Shown in pieces: positions 22,101-33,638 of a stretch of 64,000 nt of DNA (positions are counted from its first letter, which is position 1; each line of letters starts with the position of its first letter). The position numbers and the translations under genes were made by a program. Location of the stretch: the NCBI RefSeq assembly GCF_000143415.4, contig NW_003314384.1, positions 248,001 to 312,000 of the forward strand, given 5' to 3'. This stretch comes from Selaginella moellendorffii (taxonomy: Eukaryota > Plantae > Lycopodiophyta). Below the pieces are notes generated by a model. The model ran no database searches, was not told where the DNA came from, and saw only the letters and a program-made list of their open reading frames with translations.

Positions 22101-24733
22101 CATGAGTTTTTCATGTTGATATGTCGACTCTACCTCTGTCGATATCATTTGGTTACACCTAGTCTGTAGTGTTGGATTTCATTGAGTCTTGGACATGGTA
22201 AATCACTCTTTGATGAAGTGTTATCTGTAACTGAGTTTTGTTGGAGGATTGGTCTCGGATACTGACTAAGGTATCTTCGACTTTGGTTAGGTTGGTTGCT
22301 GGAGAGTTTTGAGTGGTGATTCACTCGTGCTTTCTTTTAGCTTTATTTTAGTGTTGATGGCATTGAAGTGATGCTTTGTCATTGACATTGTTGATATTGA
22401 GATCTGAGTGAAATGAGATATCCTTCCAAGGATTGATATTGAGTTTCATTAGTCTTGATGAATATAATGTTGATGATTTGGCTATAGCTTTGTGTTGTTA
22501 GCATTTGTGCATTTGCTAGTTAGCAATTGTGTTGACGTTCAAAAGAACTGAGTGGCAAGCTGAGTTAGTTGTGTTCTAGACGAGGTTATTTAGTAGAGGG
22601 TTAAGCTTTAGCTTTTCCTTGAAAAGTGATTTAGTCGTGGACTATGCTAACTCTACGAAAGGAAGAGTTAGTGATCGATATTAGAATGTTGAGTCCTTGT
22701 TAGATTTGAGTTCGGGATATAGCAAGCATTAATGATTCTTTTTTGGGCTTGTTATGAAGTGAGTTATGTGTTACTATAGATGGATTCATGGAGGATCGTT
22801 TAATGATCACTTGTTGAGCATAACTTCGTTATGCTTAGCTTTTGGATTGATGCAAACATGCTCTTCATTAGCTTTGGCATTATGAAGTTTGGATTATGGA
22901 TATGTTGAGGAATATATTATGAGTTGCATCACGATTTCTTCTTTCGCATTGAAGTTGGCTTCAAGTGATCATTATTAGGCAAGACTTAGCTATAGGCTTC
23001 TTCGAGCTTTGGTTCCTTGAGTTTTGTGCTCATTATTCCATTTATTAGAAGTTGTTGGGGAAGGCATTTTGTCTTGTTATCTTTGATGTTGAAGTTGACT
23101 TTTGCATCTAGCAATCATTGGTGATGATTGACTATCATCTAGGATAGTTGATTATCCTTGTCAAAAGTTTTGCTTGATTATCATTAATCTAGAATGATTT
23201 GCCATTTTTCGGGATGGTGGATTCTTTCTTCAGTGACGATTATGCATTTCTCTATTGATGGGATGATTGATGATTTTTCATAATGATTAGTTGTTCTCTT
23301 TGATGGATTATGGCTTTTTGCAATGCCACATGTTTTTTGTGGTTTTCTCTGGATTGGTCTCTTGGGTTTGAGACATTAGTAGGATGTTGCTAACACTTGC
23401 TAAAGCAACTTGAGTTTCTTGGTATTGTTGACTGGGATCTATTCAGATTGGCTGGTGCGATGGTTGGCATGACTAAGTGTTTGTTTTCTTTGCAACATTC
23501 ATTTTGTTCTATTGATCATTGCTCTAGTTAGTCCTGATTGATTAGGATGTTATTTCTTTCAGGTGATACATTCGTGAGCATTGTGCTTGTCGGTTAAGGA
23601 TACTTTGTGATCTTTGAGCTATCTTTGGTAAGTTGTTTAGCATACTGTCTACAATCTTCGATAGTTAAGTTTTTTCATTGAGTTTACTTAATGATATACT
23701 TGCTATTGAATTTTGTTAGATGGTGAATCCTATATTTTCCAATGATAGTGATCTTGGTGGTTCCTATACTGTAATACTAGTTTATCAAATAATAACTTAC
23801 TTGGAATACTTTTGTGTTCTAATCTAAGCTTTATTCATTGATAGTTAAGTCTCTAAGATATCATTGTCTCTGACTTTGATATAGTCCACATATTGATCTT
23901 TAAGTTTGGGCCAGTATAGGCAGACTGGCTTTGGCACTTCGTATGCATGTTGAAATCTCTAGTCATGGGGTAGCTACTATCGACTGGTCACATAACCCGC
24001 CTCTCTATCGATGTTCCTTATTTCGTTGAAAAGGGCATGACCGTGTAAACAACTCTAACTACCTGTTTACAGTAGTCTATCTAAACCTTACCGACGGGTT
24101 TAGTTTCTTTGCTCAGGAGGGTTGGGGCCTCTGGCTTCTCTCTCTATGTCCTTACGGGCAGGGCGTATCACACTTTTATAGCTGGGTGACACCTAGAGCA
24201 GCAAGGGTGGCTAACTTCGTTGGTCATTTCCTTGTCGGCGATGGCTGGAAGGTGTCTGAGCTGGTAGCACATCTGCGTTAGACAAAGAGGTTGCCCCCTA
24301 AGTCATTTAAGTTGGTGCATTTTTCATATAGTGTGAGTACCGTGAACTTTTTCTAGAGTTGTTTCCTTGGCGGTATTCTAGACTCGAATATGTATCGATG
24401 AGGACGTCGATCTTCCCTAGGGGGGGAGAGTGTCGCATATATGACTTTGGGTATCGAAAATTACCTGTTGACTAGTCCTTACGGACACTCTTACTTTACT
24501 ACCACGATGGCAGGAGGTTGGTATTGCTGGACCCTTTATTAGTCCCTCTTGTTCAAGTGTTAGTAAACTGAACTTTGCATTTGTACTTGGCCGGATGAGC
24601 ATAAGGAAAGAATTCCTAAGTGTCTATTTAGCTAAGCATACTCGGCTCGGCTTGTTAGTTCTTTTTTGCTTTGTCTTGCACTGGTTTGACAAGAACCCTC
24701 ACGTATTGAGATTGGTCCCTCAATATCGCTACA
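19192..24733 (+). mobile_element. Degenerate Ty3/gypsy LTR retrotransposon B
   Basis: LTR end ...GCGCTACA at 19484, PBS TGGTATCAGAG at 19487, RT remnant LPRID at 22423-22437, PPT AGGGGGGAGAG ending at 24430, then TG starting a 3' LTR-like segment. Right boundary uncertain (CGCTACA at 24733). Confidence 0.75.
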
Positions 24734-25251
24734 TGATAGCTTACCGTGTTTGCCAAACACCCTCGCTATCATGCCCTTTGTGTTAGTCTCATTTTTTGTC
24801 CTAAATGCTATTTATGGAAAGTGTCCAGATTTGCTCATTTGGCATATCTACAGAATGTAGAGATTAGCCTGAACACAATGGTGTTCATCCCGTATCCAAA
24901 TTCACAATCTAGGGACATTCCATATTTAGTAAGTTTCAAATTTGTCCCAGAAACTAACTCCTGGTACTAAGGGATGCTTGGGGTGAAAGCCCAAAGTGTG
25001 TTCCATAGGGAGGGGGGGGGGGGGGTTGTGGGGGGAAGCAATGCAATGGTACTTTCATTTTCTTTCCCCTCAGAAGAAATGATTAAATCTCTAAAGAAGA
25101 CTTACAATCTAAGCTTTGATAAAGAGTCTCCATGCCAAGAAATAAATAAACTATAAAAGCTAACACTCTAACTCTAGCAAATAGTATCTAAACAGCACCA
25201 TGACGAGAACAAAGACTCTAGCACGACTCCTTTTACCATTAAGAAATGATA

Positions 25252-25333
25252 CTAGAAAGAATCTAGCATATTCTCTCCTGAAAAAAGAATCTTCTATTAG
25301 CATATTCTCTAGAAAAGAATCTAGGTTTTCCAT
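25252..25333. repeat. Minisatellite units (CTAGAAAAGAATCTAG core), right copy
   Basis: About three degenerate units matching 12891-12982. Confidence 0.75.
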
Positions 25334-25344
25334 CGGCTCTTCTC

Positions 25345-27141
25345 CTACCTCTTGCTGGATCTTTGCTTGTAAGCGTTTGATAGCAGCTGGTAGCACGAAG
25401 ATCTCGCGGGCTGGAGCTTGACAATCTGATCGGCAGCATACTCCCCTCTCTCGACATCCCCGTGCATTCTACACGCACCCAGCACGATCGTCCACGCCAC
25501 ACCGTCGGGAAGAAAGGGCATGCTCTCGAGGAGCTCCTGGGCCTCTCTCACGCGGCCGCTCCTCCCAAACGCGTCCACAATGCAGCAGTAGTGGTCCACC
25601 AGCGGCGCAATCCAGTGATCCGTGCACATCGACACAAAGTGGTGCTTTCCAATCTCGACGAGGCCGCCATGGCTGCAAGCGCCGAGAATCCCGATGAAGG
25701 CCACATCGTCAACAGGAATTCCTCCCAGGTTCATCAAATGGTAGAGCTCCAGAGCCTCGTTGCAATGCCCATTTTGGGCATAGGATGCTATCATACACGA
25801 CCAGGTGACCAAGCTCTGTCCAGGCATTCTCTCAAAGAGTTCTTTTGCTCGATCGACGCTCCCGCTAACAGCATAGGCTCCTGCGAGAGCGGTCCATGCG
25901 ACAACATCCCACTGCGGCATCCGATCAAAAATCTCTTTTACAAGCACCAGATGCCCGTTTTGCGCATGTATATCGAGCAGAGCCGTCCACGACACAACGT
26001 TCCTCTGCGGCATAGCCTCAAACAGCGATTTTGCTTCCTCCAAGTGCTTCTTTTGCGCGTATACGATCATCAAATTCCATGACACAAGGTTTCTCTTCGG
26101 CATTCTTACAAAGACGCTGCCTGCTTGATCCAAGCAGCCATTGTGGGCATACGCCTCCACCATGGTGCTCCACGCAACAACGTTGTGAAGAGGCATAGAA
26201 TCAAACACGCTCTTGGCGCTGTTGACAAGCCCACAATCGCCATAAGCAGCCGCCATTGTTGTCCACGAAACTTGATCCTGCTCGGGCATCTCGTCAAAGT
26301 ATCCCTTTGCATTCTGTAGATACCCCTTATGGGCATATCCCGCGATCATCCCATTCCAAGTGATGGAGCTCCACTGGGGAATCTTCGCAAAAATAGCCTT
26401 AGCGTCTTCCAGATAGCCATCCTGGGCATACGAGGTGACCATGGCTGTCCAGGAGACAACGTTGCGCTCCGGCATCTCGTGAAAGAGCTTGCCTGCATCG
26501 GCAATCCGGCCACTCTCTGCATAGGCTTGGATGATCGCATTCATCGTCACCACATTCCACTGCGGCATCCGATCGAAAACATGCTTCGATTCCTCCTCGC
26601 TGCCTTCCTCCGCGTACATGGCAACGAGCGACGTCCACGAGATCACGTCCCGAATTGGCATCCCATGAAAAAACTCCCTAGCGCCTTTGTGATCCCCACA
26701 CTGGGCATATGCCGCCAACATTGCGTTCCCAGTAACGAGATTCTTCGTAGGCATCGCATCGAAAATCTCTCTTGCCTCTCGGAGATAGGCGTACTGATTG
26801 TAGGCAGTGATCATTGCGGTGGCCGAGACAACATTTGCGGCGGGCATCAAGTCGAACACTCTGCGTGATTCTGATAGATACCCATTCTGGGCATATGCGG
26901 TGATCATGATAGTCCACGAGAATTCGTTGCGTGGAGCTGTGCCATCGAACACCACTTGCGCGTCCTTGATGCTCCCGCACTTGCCGTACATCTCCACCAG
27001 AAGATTTGATAGAAAAACGTTCTTCTGGCAATACGGCCATTGCAAGATCTGGGAGTGGATGTGTCTTCCCTGCTTTAGATCCTTGAAGTTGCCGCAGGAT
27101 TTCACTAAGCTCGCGAACACCGAGACCTCGGCTTGTTGCAT
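25345..27141 (-). CDS. PLS-class PPR protein with SS-motif array and truncated E domain
   Basis: Intronless 598 aa with tandem 31-aa motifs (VVSWTAM.....F..MP.RN). HYCCIVDAFGRSG and WTIVLGACRMHGD present. No DYW. Confidence 0.93.
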   Translation of the reverse strand: MQQAEVSVFASLVKSCGNFKDLKQGRHIHSQILQWPYCQKNVFLSNLLVEMYGKCGSIKDAQVVFDGTAPRNEFSWTIMITAYAQNGYLSESRRVFDLMPAANVVSATAMITAYNQYAYLREAREIFDAMPTKNLVTGNAMLAAYAQCGDHKGAREFFHGMPIRDVISWTSLVAMYAEEGSEEESKHVFDRMPQWNVVTMNAIIQAYAESGRIADAGKLFHEMPERNVVSWTAMVTSYAQDGYLEDAKAIFAKIPQWSSITWNGMIAGYAHKGYLQNAKGYFDEMPEQDQVSWTTMAAAYGDCGLVNSAKSVFDSMPLHNVVAWSTMVEAYAHNGCLDQAGSVFVRMPKRNLVSWNLMIVYAQKKHLEEAKSLFEAMPQRNVVSWTALLDIHAQNGHLVLVKEIFDRMPQWDVVAWTALAGAYAVSGSVDRAKELFERMPGQSLVTWSCMIASYAQNGHCNEALELYHLMNLGGIPVDDVAFIGILGACSHGGLVEIGKHHFVSMCTDHWIAPLVDHYCCIVDAFGRSGRVREAQELLESMPFLPDGVAWTIVLGACRMHGDVERGEYAADQIVKLQPARSSCYQLLSNAYKQRSSKR

Positions 27142-27199
27142 CGACTCCTCTCTTCCGCCATAAGCCTAGCGATCCATTTCCGCAGAGTTTTGGTCGCTC

Positions 27200-28834
27200 T
27201 CAATCGCAATCAAGAGTAACGTGCTGCTTCGTCCGGAGCATACTCGCGAAGAGCACGTAATGCGCGGGATCGCTTTCCCCGATTTCAACGGCATGACGCG
27301 CTGCTCGAGTCGCCCTCTCGCGGTCGCTGTGAATTTTGCAAGCCGCGAGCAAGCAGTGCCAGTCCACATCATCCGGCATGAAGGGCATGCTCGCAATCAG
27401 CTCCTCCGCGTCTTCCAAGTGCCCAGATCGTCCCAATGCATCCACCAAGCAGCTGTAGTGAAGCTTAATGGGCGGTATGCCGTGGTCGCGAACCATGTCC
27501 AGGAACAGGCACCGCGCGGTAGCCACGGTACCGCCGTGGTTGCAGCCGAGCAGCAAGCACAGGAACGTCACGTCGTCGGGCCGTACACCGTGGTGCGCCA
27601 TGAGCTGGAAGGCCTGGAGGGCGAGGGAGAAATGGCCGCTATCTCCGTACGCCCCCAGGAGGGTATTCCACGCCAGAATGTCCTGCGCGGGCATCCCCGC
27701 AAAAAAGCCGCCGACGACGCCCACATCCCCTTCGCGGGCATGAGCTGCCAGCATGGTATTCCACGTAAGCACGTCCCACATGGGCATGCGCTGGAACATG
27801 GAGAGCGCGCCACGTGTATCCCTTGCCTGGGCATACGCGGCAAAGAGCGCATTCCACGCTACCACGTCGCGCCGCGGCATGCCGCAGTCAAACATGGCCT
27901 TCGCCTGCGGCACCTGCCCGTTCTGGGCATATGCCGCGAGCATCGCGTTGACCGTGTACTCGTCCTGCGACGGCATCTCCAGGAAGAGGTCGCGGGCAGC
28001 GTTGACCAGCCCGTGCCGGCCGTACGACACGAGCATGGCGGCCCACACGGCCATGTCGCGCATGGGTATTCGATCAAACAGGGCTTTTGCGTGGCGGAGG
28101 TGAGCGGCGTGGGCGGAGGCGGCGAGGAGCGCGGTCCACGCCACCACGTCTCGGCCCGGCATCTCGTCAAACATGGTTTTGGCCTGGTCGAGATCGCCGG
28201 ATTGTGCGATGGAGACGAGCATGCTCGTCCAAGACTGTGGGCTTCTCTCGGGAACTGAGTCAAACATCGCCTTGGCAGTGGCTGCGAGGCCGAGCTGGTT
28301 GTAGGCGGCGATCATGGTGGCCCAGGTGACCGCGTCGTGCATCGGCATTCTCTCCGCCAGGATCTCCATCTCCTCCAGATGCCGTTTCTGGGCATACACC
28401 GCGACGAGAGTGTTCCACGACACGACGTTCTTGGGCACTCGATCGAATGTGCGTTTGGCCTCGTCGGCCATTCCCCGGCGCGAGAAGACCCCGATCATCA
28501 CCGCCCCCGAGACAATGTCCGGGTCGGGCATTTTCCGGAAGATGAGCGTCGCCTCCACGAAGCGCTGGTTGTGGACGCAAGCGGCGAGCATCATCGTCCA
28601 CGAGTAGCTGTTCTTGAGGGCGATGGAGTCGAACACCTGGATCGCGTCGTCGATGCTGCCGTAGCGGCCATACATCTGGATGAGCACATTGGAAAGATAG
28701 ATCCCGGCGTTCCCCTTGAAGAGAGTGTGGCGAGCGGTGATGAGAGCGTGGACGCTCCGGAGCTGCGAGACGCTCTTGCAAGATCGAACGAGACCCGCCC
28801 ATTCCTCCACGCTCAGCAGCTTCCTAACGACCAT
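27200..28834 (-). CDS. PLS-class PPR protein with SS-motif array and truncated E domain
   Basis: Intronless with 31-aa repeats. HYSCLVDALGRSG and WHCLLAACKIH present. First ATG (MVVRK) at 28834. No DYW. Confidence 0.93.
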   Translation of the reverse strand: MVVRKLLSVEEWAGLVRSCKSVSQLRSVHALITARHTLFKGNAGIYLSNVLIQMYGRYGSIDDAIQVFDSIALKNSYSWTMMLAACVHNQRFVEATLIFRKMPDPDIVSGAVMIGVFSRRGMADEAKRTFDRVPKNVVSWNTLVAVYAQKRHLEEMEILAERMPMHDAVTWATMIAAYNQLGLAATAKAMFDSVPERSPQSWTSMLVSIAQSGDLDQAKTMFDEMPGRDVVAWTALLAASAHAAHLRHAKALFDRIPMRDMAVWAAMLVSYGRHGLVNAARDLFLEMPSQDEYTVNAMLAAYAQNGQVPQAKAMFDCGMPRRDVVAWNALFAAYAQARDTRGALSMFQRMPMWDVLTWNTMLAAHAREGDVGVVGGFFAGMPAQDILAWNTLLGAYGDSGHFSLALQAFQLMAHHGVRPDDVTFLCLLLGCNHGGTVATARCLFLDMVRDHGIPPIKLHYSCLVDALGRSGHLEDAEELIASMPFMPDDVDWHCLLAACKIHSDRERATRAARHAVEIGESDPAHYVLFASMLRTKQHVTLDCD

Positions 28835-29095
28835 TCCATGGATTGAACCATTCAAACCCTAGAAACCGCCCCGGGAATATTCTCTTTGAATTTGGGTTCT
28901 TCTTCTTCTTCTTTGCCCCGCCGGGATCGAGCGCATCGGTCGCGGTCGTCGGCTTTCTTTTTTGTTTAGATTTTTTTTTTGCTGCTCACCACGCGCATGG
29001 TGTCCCCTGTTTCGCCTCGCCCACCCAAAATCGCGCTTTGATCGAAGAACAGGGCGGAAAATTGTCGAGGCGATCTATAGGTAGATCGATCGATC

Positions 29096-30633
29096 ATGGC
29101 AGTAGCGAGCGGCAGCTTTGCATTCCAATCGGTACAAGCATGGGATTTTTCTGGGGCGACCCCTAATTCTTGTGGTTTGGCAGGGATACATCAAGAGCGC
29201 GAGAGGGGTGAAGCTCTTCACTTGTAGCTGGCTTCCTGCCAACCAGGAAGTGAAAGCTCTCGTTTTCCTCTGCCATGGTGAGTCCGTTCTTAAATCTTTT
29301 GATTTCTTTTTCCTGAGTGGAGTGAATCGTGGCTAGGCTATGGAGTCGAGTGTAGCATCTTCATGCGAGGCACGGGGACGAGATTGGCACAGGCAGGCTA
29401 CGCGGTCTTTGGGATCGACTATGAAGGCCACGGCAAATCGGAGGGAGCTGTGTGCCTTGTGGAGAGATTCTCGGACGTGGTGGACGATTGCAGCTCCTAC
29501 TTTCGATCCATTCGAGGTAACTAGAACGCTCTTGGATCGATTTCTCATGATCGGACGCATGTAGAGATGCCCGATTACAAGAACAAGGCGAGGTTTCTGT
29601 ATGGCGAATCCATGGGTGGAGCAGTGGCGCTCTTGATCCACAGGAAGGAGCCAATGGATTGGAACGGAGCCGTTCTTGTCGCTCCGATGTGCAAGGTCAA
29701 CTCTTCCCCTCTCTCCATCGCTCCGCTCGAATCGTTTCACTGTTTCTTTATCGTTCCTGTTTCTTCGGCAACGATTTCTCGCGAACTGTTCCTCGTTTCT
29801 TGCTGACTTTTTGGTATTCGTTTCTTGTGCTTTGTTTTTGTCACAGATCTCCGAGAAACTCAAGCCACACCCAGTGATCGTGAGCATCCTCACGCGACTG
29901 TCTCCACTGATCAAGTCGTGGAAGATCGTTCCCAGCAAAAACATCATTGACCACGCCTTCAAGGACCCCATCAAGAGAGACGAGGTATGATATCGATGGG
30001 TGATCCTTTTTCTCTCACAACTAAAACACGATCATGAACAGATAAGAGCAAATCCGTACGTATACCAAGACAAGCCGCGGGTCCAGACGGCGCTACAGAT
30101 GATGGTAGCGAGCACAGACCTGGAACAGAGATTGGACGAGGTACGTACGCATAACTGCGCTTCACTCTCCTCGACTTGGATTGCTTTCCCTGTATGCTGG
30201 AGTAGCAGATTGATGGAAACTGTTTGGAATTGATGGACTAGCGCTGGATTGCGAATTGATGGACTAGCGAGCTGACGCCGTGGTTTGGCTGCGTGTCTGT
30301 TTCACGCAGGTCACATTTCCATTCCTCGTCGTTCATGGGGAAGAAGACACAGTCACGGACCCCGCGTGTAGCGTGGAGCTACACAAGCGCGCGCGGAGCA
30401 CTGACAAGACGCTCAATCTCTACCCGGAGATGTGGCATGGCCTCACCGTGGGTGAATCCGACGAGAACATCGAGCGCGTCTTCGCGGACATCGTGGCGTG
30501 GTTGAATCTTCGCAGCCCGGCCGGGGCGCTGACCGCCAAGACCTTGCAGCAATCCGACCTCAAGATGGTCATCGACGACCACAAGTTGACCGCGTCCAAT
30601 GGTGTTTGTAATAATAACCATTCTTTCAATTAA
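29096..30633 (+). CDS. Monoacylglycerol lipase / caffeoyl-shikimate esterase-like alpha/beta hydrolase, multi-exon
   Basis: ARGVKLFTCSWLP, LCHGYGVEC, IDYEGHGKSEG, nucleophile GESMGG, HGEEDTVTDP and MWHGL give a Ser-Asp-His triad. Confidence 0.92.
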
Positions 30634-30778
30634 GAGAAAACTCCACTTGACTATATTCGAACGCCGGACCTTCATAAAACTCTGCCGCCCTAATCTAGAT
30701 TGCTTGTCGCCGTTGGATCTAGGTCAGCATTTTGGTGTTCAGGTTTAGGGTTCTTCAGTGTTTTGCGAGGCGGCGACG

Positions 30779-31291
30779 ATGGGCAAGGGCGAGCCGATCA
30801 GGTGCGATGCTTGCGATCTTTAGCTGCGGCTGTGTGGATTGATTTGGATCTTTCAGGCTTTACGTTCCGGCGACGATTCTGGGATACAAGCGGTGAGTGT
30901 TTTGGTTGTCGCGCATTCGCGGCTGGAATTCACGGTGCTTTCTCTGTTGCTAGATCCAAGTCGAACCAGTATCCCAACACCTCGCTCCTCCAGATCCAGG
31001 GAGTGAACACCAAGGAGGAAGTGGCGTGGTACCAAGGCAAGAGGCTCGCCTACATCTACAAGGCCAAGACCAAGAAGAATGGCTCGCTCTACCGATGCAT
31101 GTGGGGACGTGTGACGAGGCCTCACGGGACCAGCGGCGTCGTGCGCGCCAAGTTCCGCAGGAATCTCCCTCCAAAGTCTCTGGTAAGTTTCTCGCGGGGA
31201 TTTTTCTGCGTTTCTTTTGTGGAACTTGTTTCTTACATTGCAATCGTAGGGTGGAAGAGTCCGGGTTTTCATGTACCCCAGCCGGATCTAA
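30779..31291 (+). CDS. RPL35A: 60S ribosomal protein L35a (eL33), 4 exons
   Basis: [30 protein letters not shown]...[40 protein letters not shown]. Telo-box TTTAGGGTT in the leader. Confidence 0.96.
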
Positions 31292-31646
31292 GCTTGCTTT
31301 TGACTTATCCAACTAAGGATTGCTGTTTTTCCCAAACCCGGATAAGATAAGTTCGTTCGTTCCTAGATTCTTGTTGTGGTTTCTGGGATGTTTGTATTCT
31401 TTTGGAATCGCTGGAGAGGTCTCCAACCCCTCGGAAACACAAATTTCATGGTCTGGCAGGTCGGCAGCGCTTACAGAAAAAAATTTGCGCGTGAGTGCAC
31501 CAATCCACTAAAAGCAAGCTTGGTGTGTCTATCTACTAAACAGTACCTCCCAGTCGCGAGCAATATATAAAGTGGTGAGTTCACAGGCTTTCTTGACTTG
31601 AGTCACTCACTGAAACGCTCGCTGCTCCTTTCTTTCAGGAGAGACG

Positions 31647-32102
31647 ATGACACTGCTCGTAAGAACACTGGCTCTGCTCTTGATGCTGCTCTCGTTGCTG
31701 CTCGTCCAAGCGTTTGGGAACGACATAGGCTCCAAGCCGCGCGGTGGCCGCCGTGAGCTCATGTTTCGGAGGCCGGGTTATGGCTACGGCCCCGGGTATG
31801 GAGCTGGAGCCGGGATGGGAGGGCCCGGCTATGGCGGAGGATACGGCAGCGGTGGTGGCTATGGAGGCTATGGAGGAAGTAGGCCTGGTTATGGGACTGG
31901 AAGATCCGGTGCTCCTCCGTCGCTTCCTCGACTCCAGCCACCCCCTCCTGGCCTCCCTGGAGCTTTCCCCGGTCCGGCGATAGCGGTAGAACCCAACGAG
32001 ATCGGCGACAAGAAGTTCGTGGTGTCGTCATCTAGGCTCGTTGCTCCAGCTCCAGCTCCAGTCCCAGCTTTGCGGGAAGAAGTATCGTCCAGCCGAGGGT
32101 AA
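31647..32102 (+). CDS. Secreted Gly/Tyr-rich, Pro-rich cell-wall-type protein
   Basis: Signal peptide, GYG repeats, Pro-rich segment; TATATAA at about 31564. Confidence 0.7.
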   Translation: MTLLVRTLALLLMLLSLLLVQAFGNDIGSKPRGGRRELMFRRPGYGYGPGYGAGAGMGGPGYGGGYGSGGGYGGYGGSRPGYGTGRSGAPPSLPRLQPPPPGLPGAFPGPAIAVEPNEIGDKKFVVSSSRLVAPAPAPVPALREEVSSSRG

Positions 32103-32488
32103 TCGGCCTATTAAGTTTGCGGGGCCTGTGGTTTCGTTTTAGCCGAGACGAGCCAGGAAACAAAGGCTGTGTTGATCTAAGTAAGAATAAACTTCCAAAG
32201 CTTTAAACGAGGCAAGCTCGCATAGATGGAAAGGTATGGTTTGTTTTTCCTCGAGCGTTGCTCCTCGTGGTTTATTTCCAATGGCGGCGAGTTGCGTGGA
32301 ATACAGGTGTAAAACATGCATGTTCCCGGGAGGAACACATTTTCCTTCGATTCTAAATATAAGTAGCTTTGAATCCAGATTAAAAGCTGGGAGATTTCGC
32401 TGACACTGTCAAACCCACCACCTTTCTTAAGCGAACTGACTGATTGGTAGAATTCCTGTTCGTTTCTTCTTGGGTAAAAGCCAGGGGA

Positions 32489-33638
32489 TCAAGCTGGAGA
32501 GGATTGATCGTCCATGTTTTTGATTGGCTTCTCGTCAGCCAGTCTTGATTCCATGGTGGTGGTGGTGTTGCTTACAGTGCAAGCTCTCGGGATGTTGCTG
32601 AGGGCCTCGATCTTTTGCATCTCCAGATCGTCGGTGGCATCCGTCGCTGCCGCCGCCTTCTTCTTCTTGCTCGCGTTTCTGTAGAAGAGATAGAGCAAGA
32701 CCTGGGCGATGGCGAGGAGCGATCCAAGCGCGCTAGGAATCTACATTCATGCCAAAACTTAGCGGACAAGAAGCAAGAGAGGCGATGAGATTACCCCGAT
32801 GAAGATGTCGCGAGAGAAGAAGGAATAGGCCGACCAGAGCGAAGCATTGACGGCGAGAAAGGCCGAGAGCGTGATGGGCATAAACTCCACATTCTTGGTG
32901 CGAATCACCATTCTCTGGCAAGAACAAAGAAAGGTCACATCATGTACTAGTCCAAGATCTTTGGTTCTTTCATCTTGGGCTTACCATGACTGAGAGTGGA
33001 GCAGCGTACATTGAGATGGCCACGGCGGAACACATCGATCCCACCAGCATCACCCGGAGCTTGCCATGCGAGAGGAGCATAGTGAGAAGCACCGCCACGC
33101 CAAACACCGCCAGATCGAGCAACACTAGCTTCACCGTCTTGATCTGGATTCAAGAAAATTTACGGGATAGATAGAATGAGAGATAGATCTCACCCGGCTA
33201 AACTTGGTAGCGTACGTGATGAAGATGGCGAGGTAGGTGGCCTCGAAGGTGATGCCAACGATGTTGATGGTGATGATAAGCATGCCGTTTGGGCGGATGC
33301 AACCATAGTAGAGGCCCAAGAGCACCGTCAGGAGCGTGCAAACGTAAGGGAGAGCCGAGAAGCACTCGGTGGATTTCTTCTTGAAGATGTACCAGAATGT
33401 AGGCCTGGAGGAATGAAAGTGGTCAGGATAAGAAGATGAGGATATGGAGCAATGGATTCAGAGTCTCAAGTCCACTGGAAGAATCAGAGCATTCACTTAC
33501 ACTGGCGATGCGTACGCCATGATCGAGGTAATGTTTCCTGGCAAAGAGAATAGAGATTTTCCAAGCAAACTTTAGCGGCATTGAAGGCGTTTGCATCGAC
33601 TAACCAATTATGCCGATGATGACCGCGACGTCGGCCAT
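32489..33638 (-). CDS. SWEET: SWEET sugar transporter (MtN3/saliva), 6 exons
   Basis: GIIGNITSIMAYASPVPTFWYIFKKKSTECFSALPY, MYAAPLSVM, VIRTKNVEFMP, IPSALGSLLAIAQVLLY. Confidence 0.95.

Noticed and set aside
25008-25035. Poly-G tract (G-quadruplex potential)
   Set aside because: Simple homopolymer at the edge of the transposon block with no evidence of function.
25462-28846. Long plus-strand ORFs (206, 179, 345 and 169 aa) opposite the PPR genes
   Set aside because: Antisense shadows of GC-rich repetitive coding sequence with no recognisable motifs.
30176-30280. Intronic TTGATGG repeats with CTGA (C/D snoRNA-like) and partial miR160-like TCCCTGTATGC
   Set aside because: Box C does not match RUGAUGA, and there is no terminal stem or hairpin. 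Best explained as a short tandem duplication.
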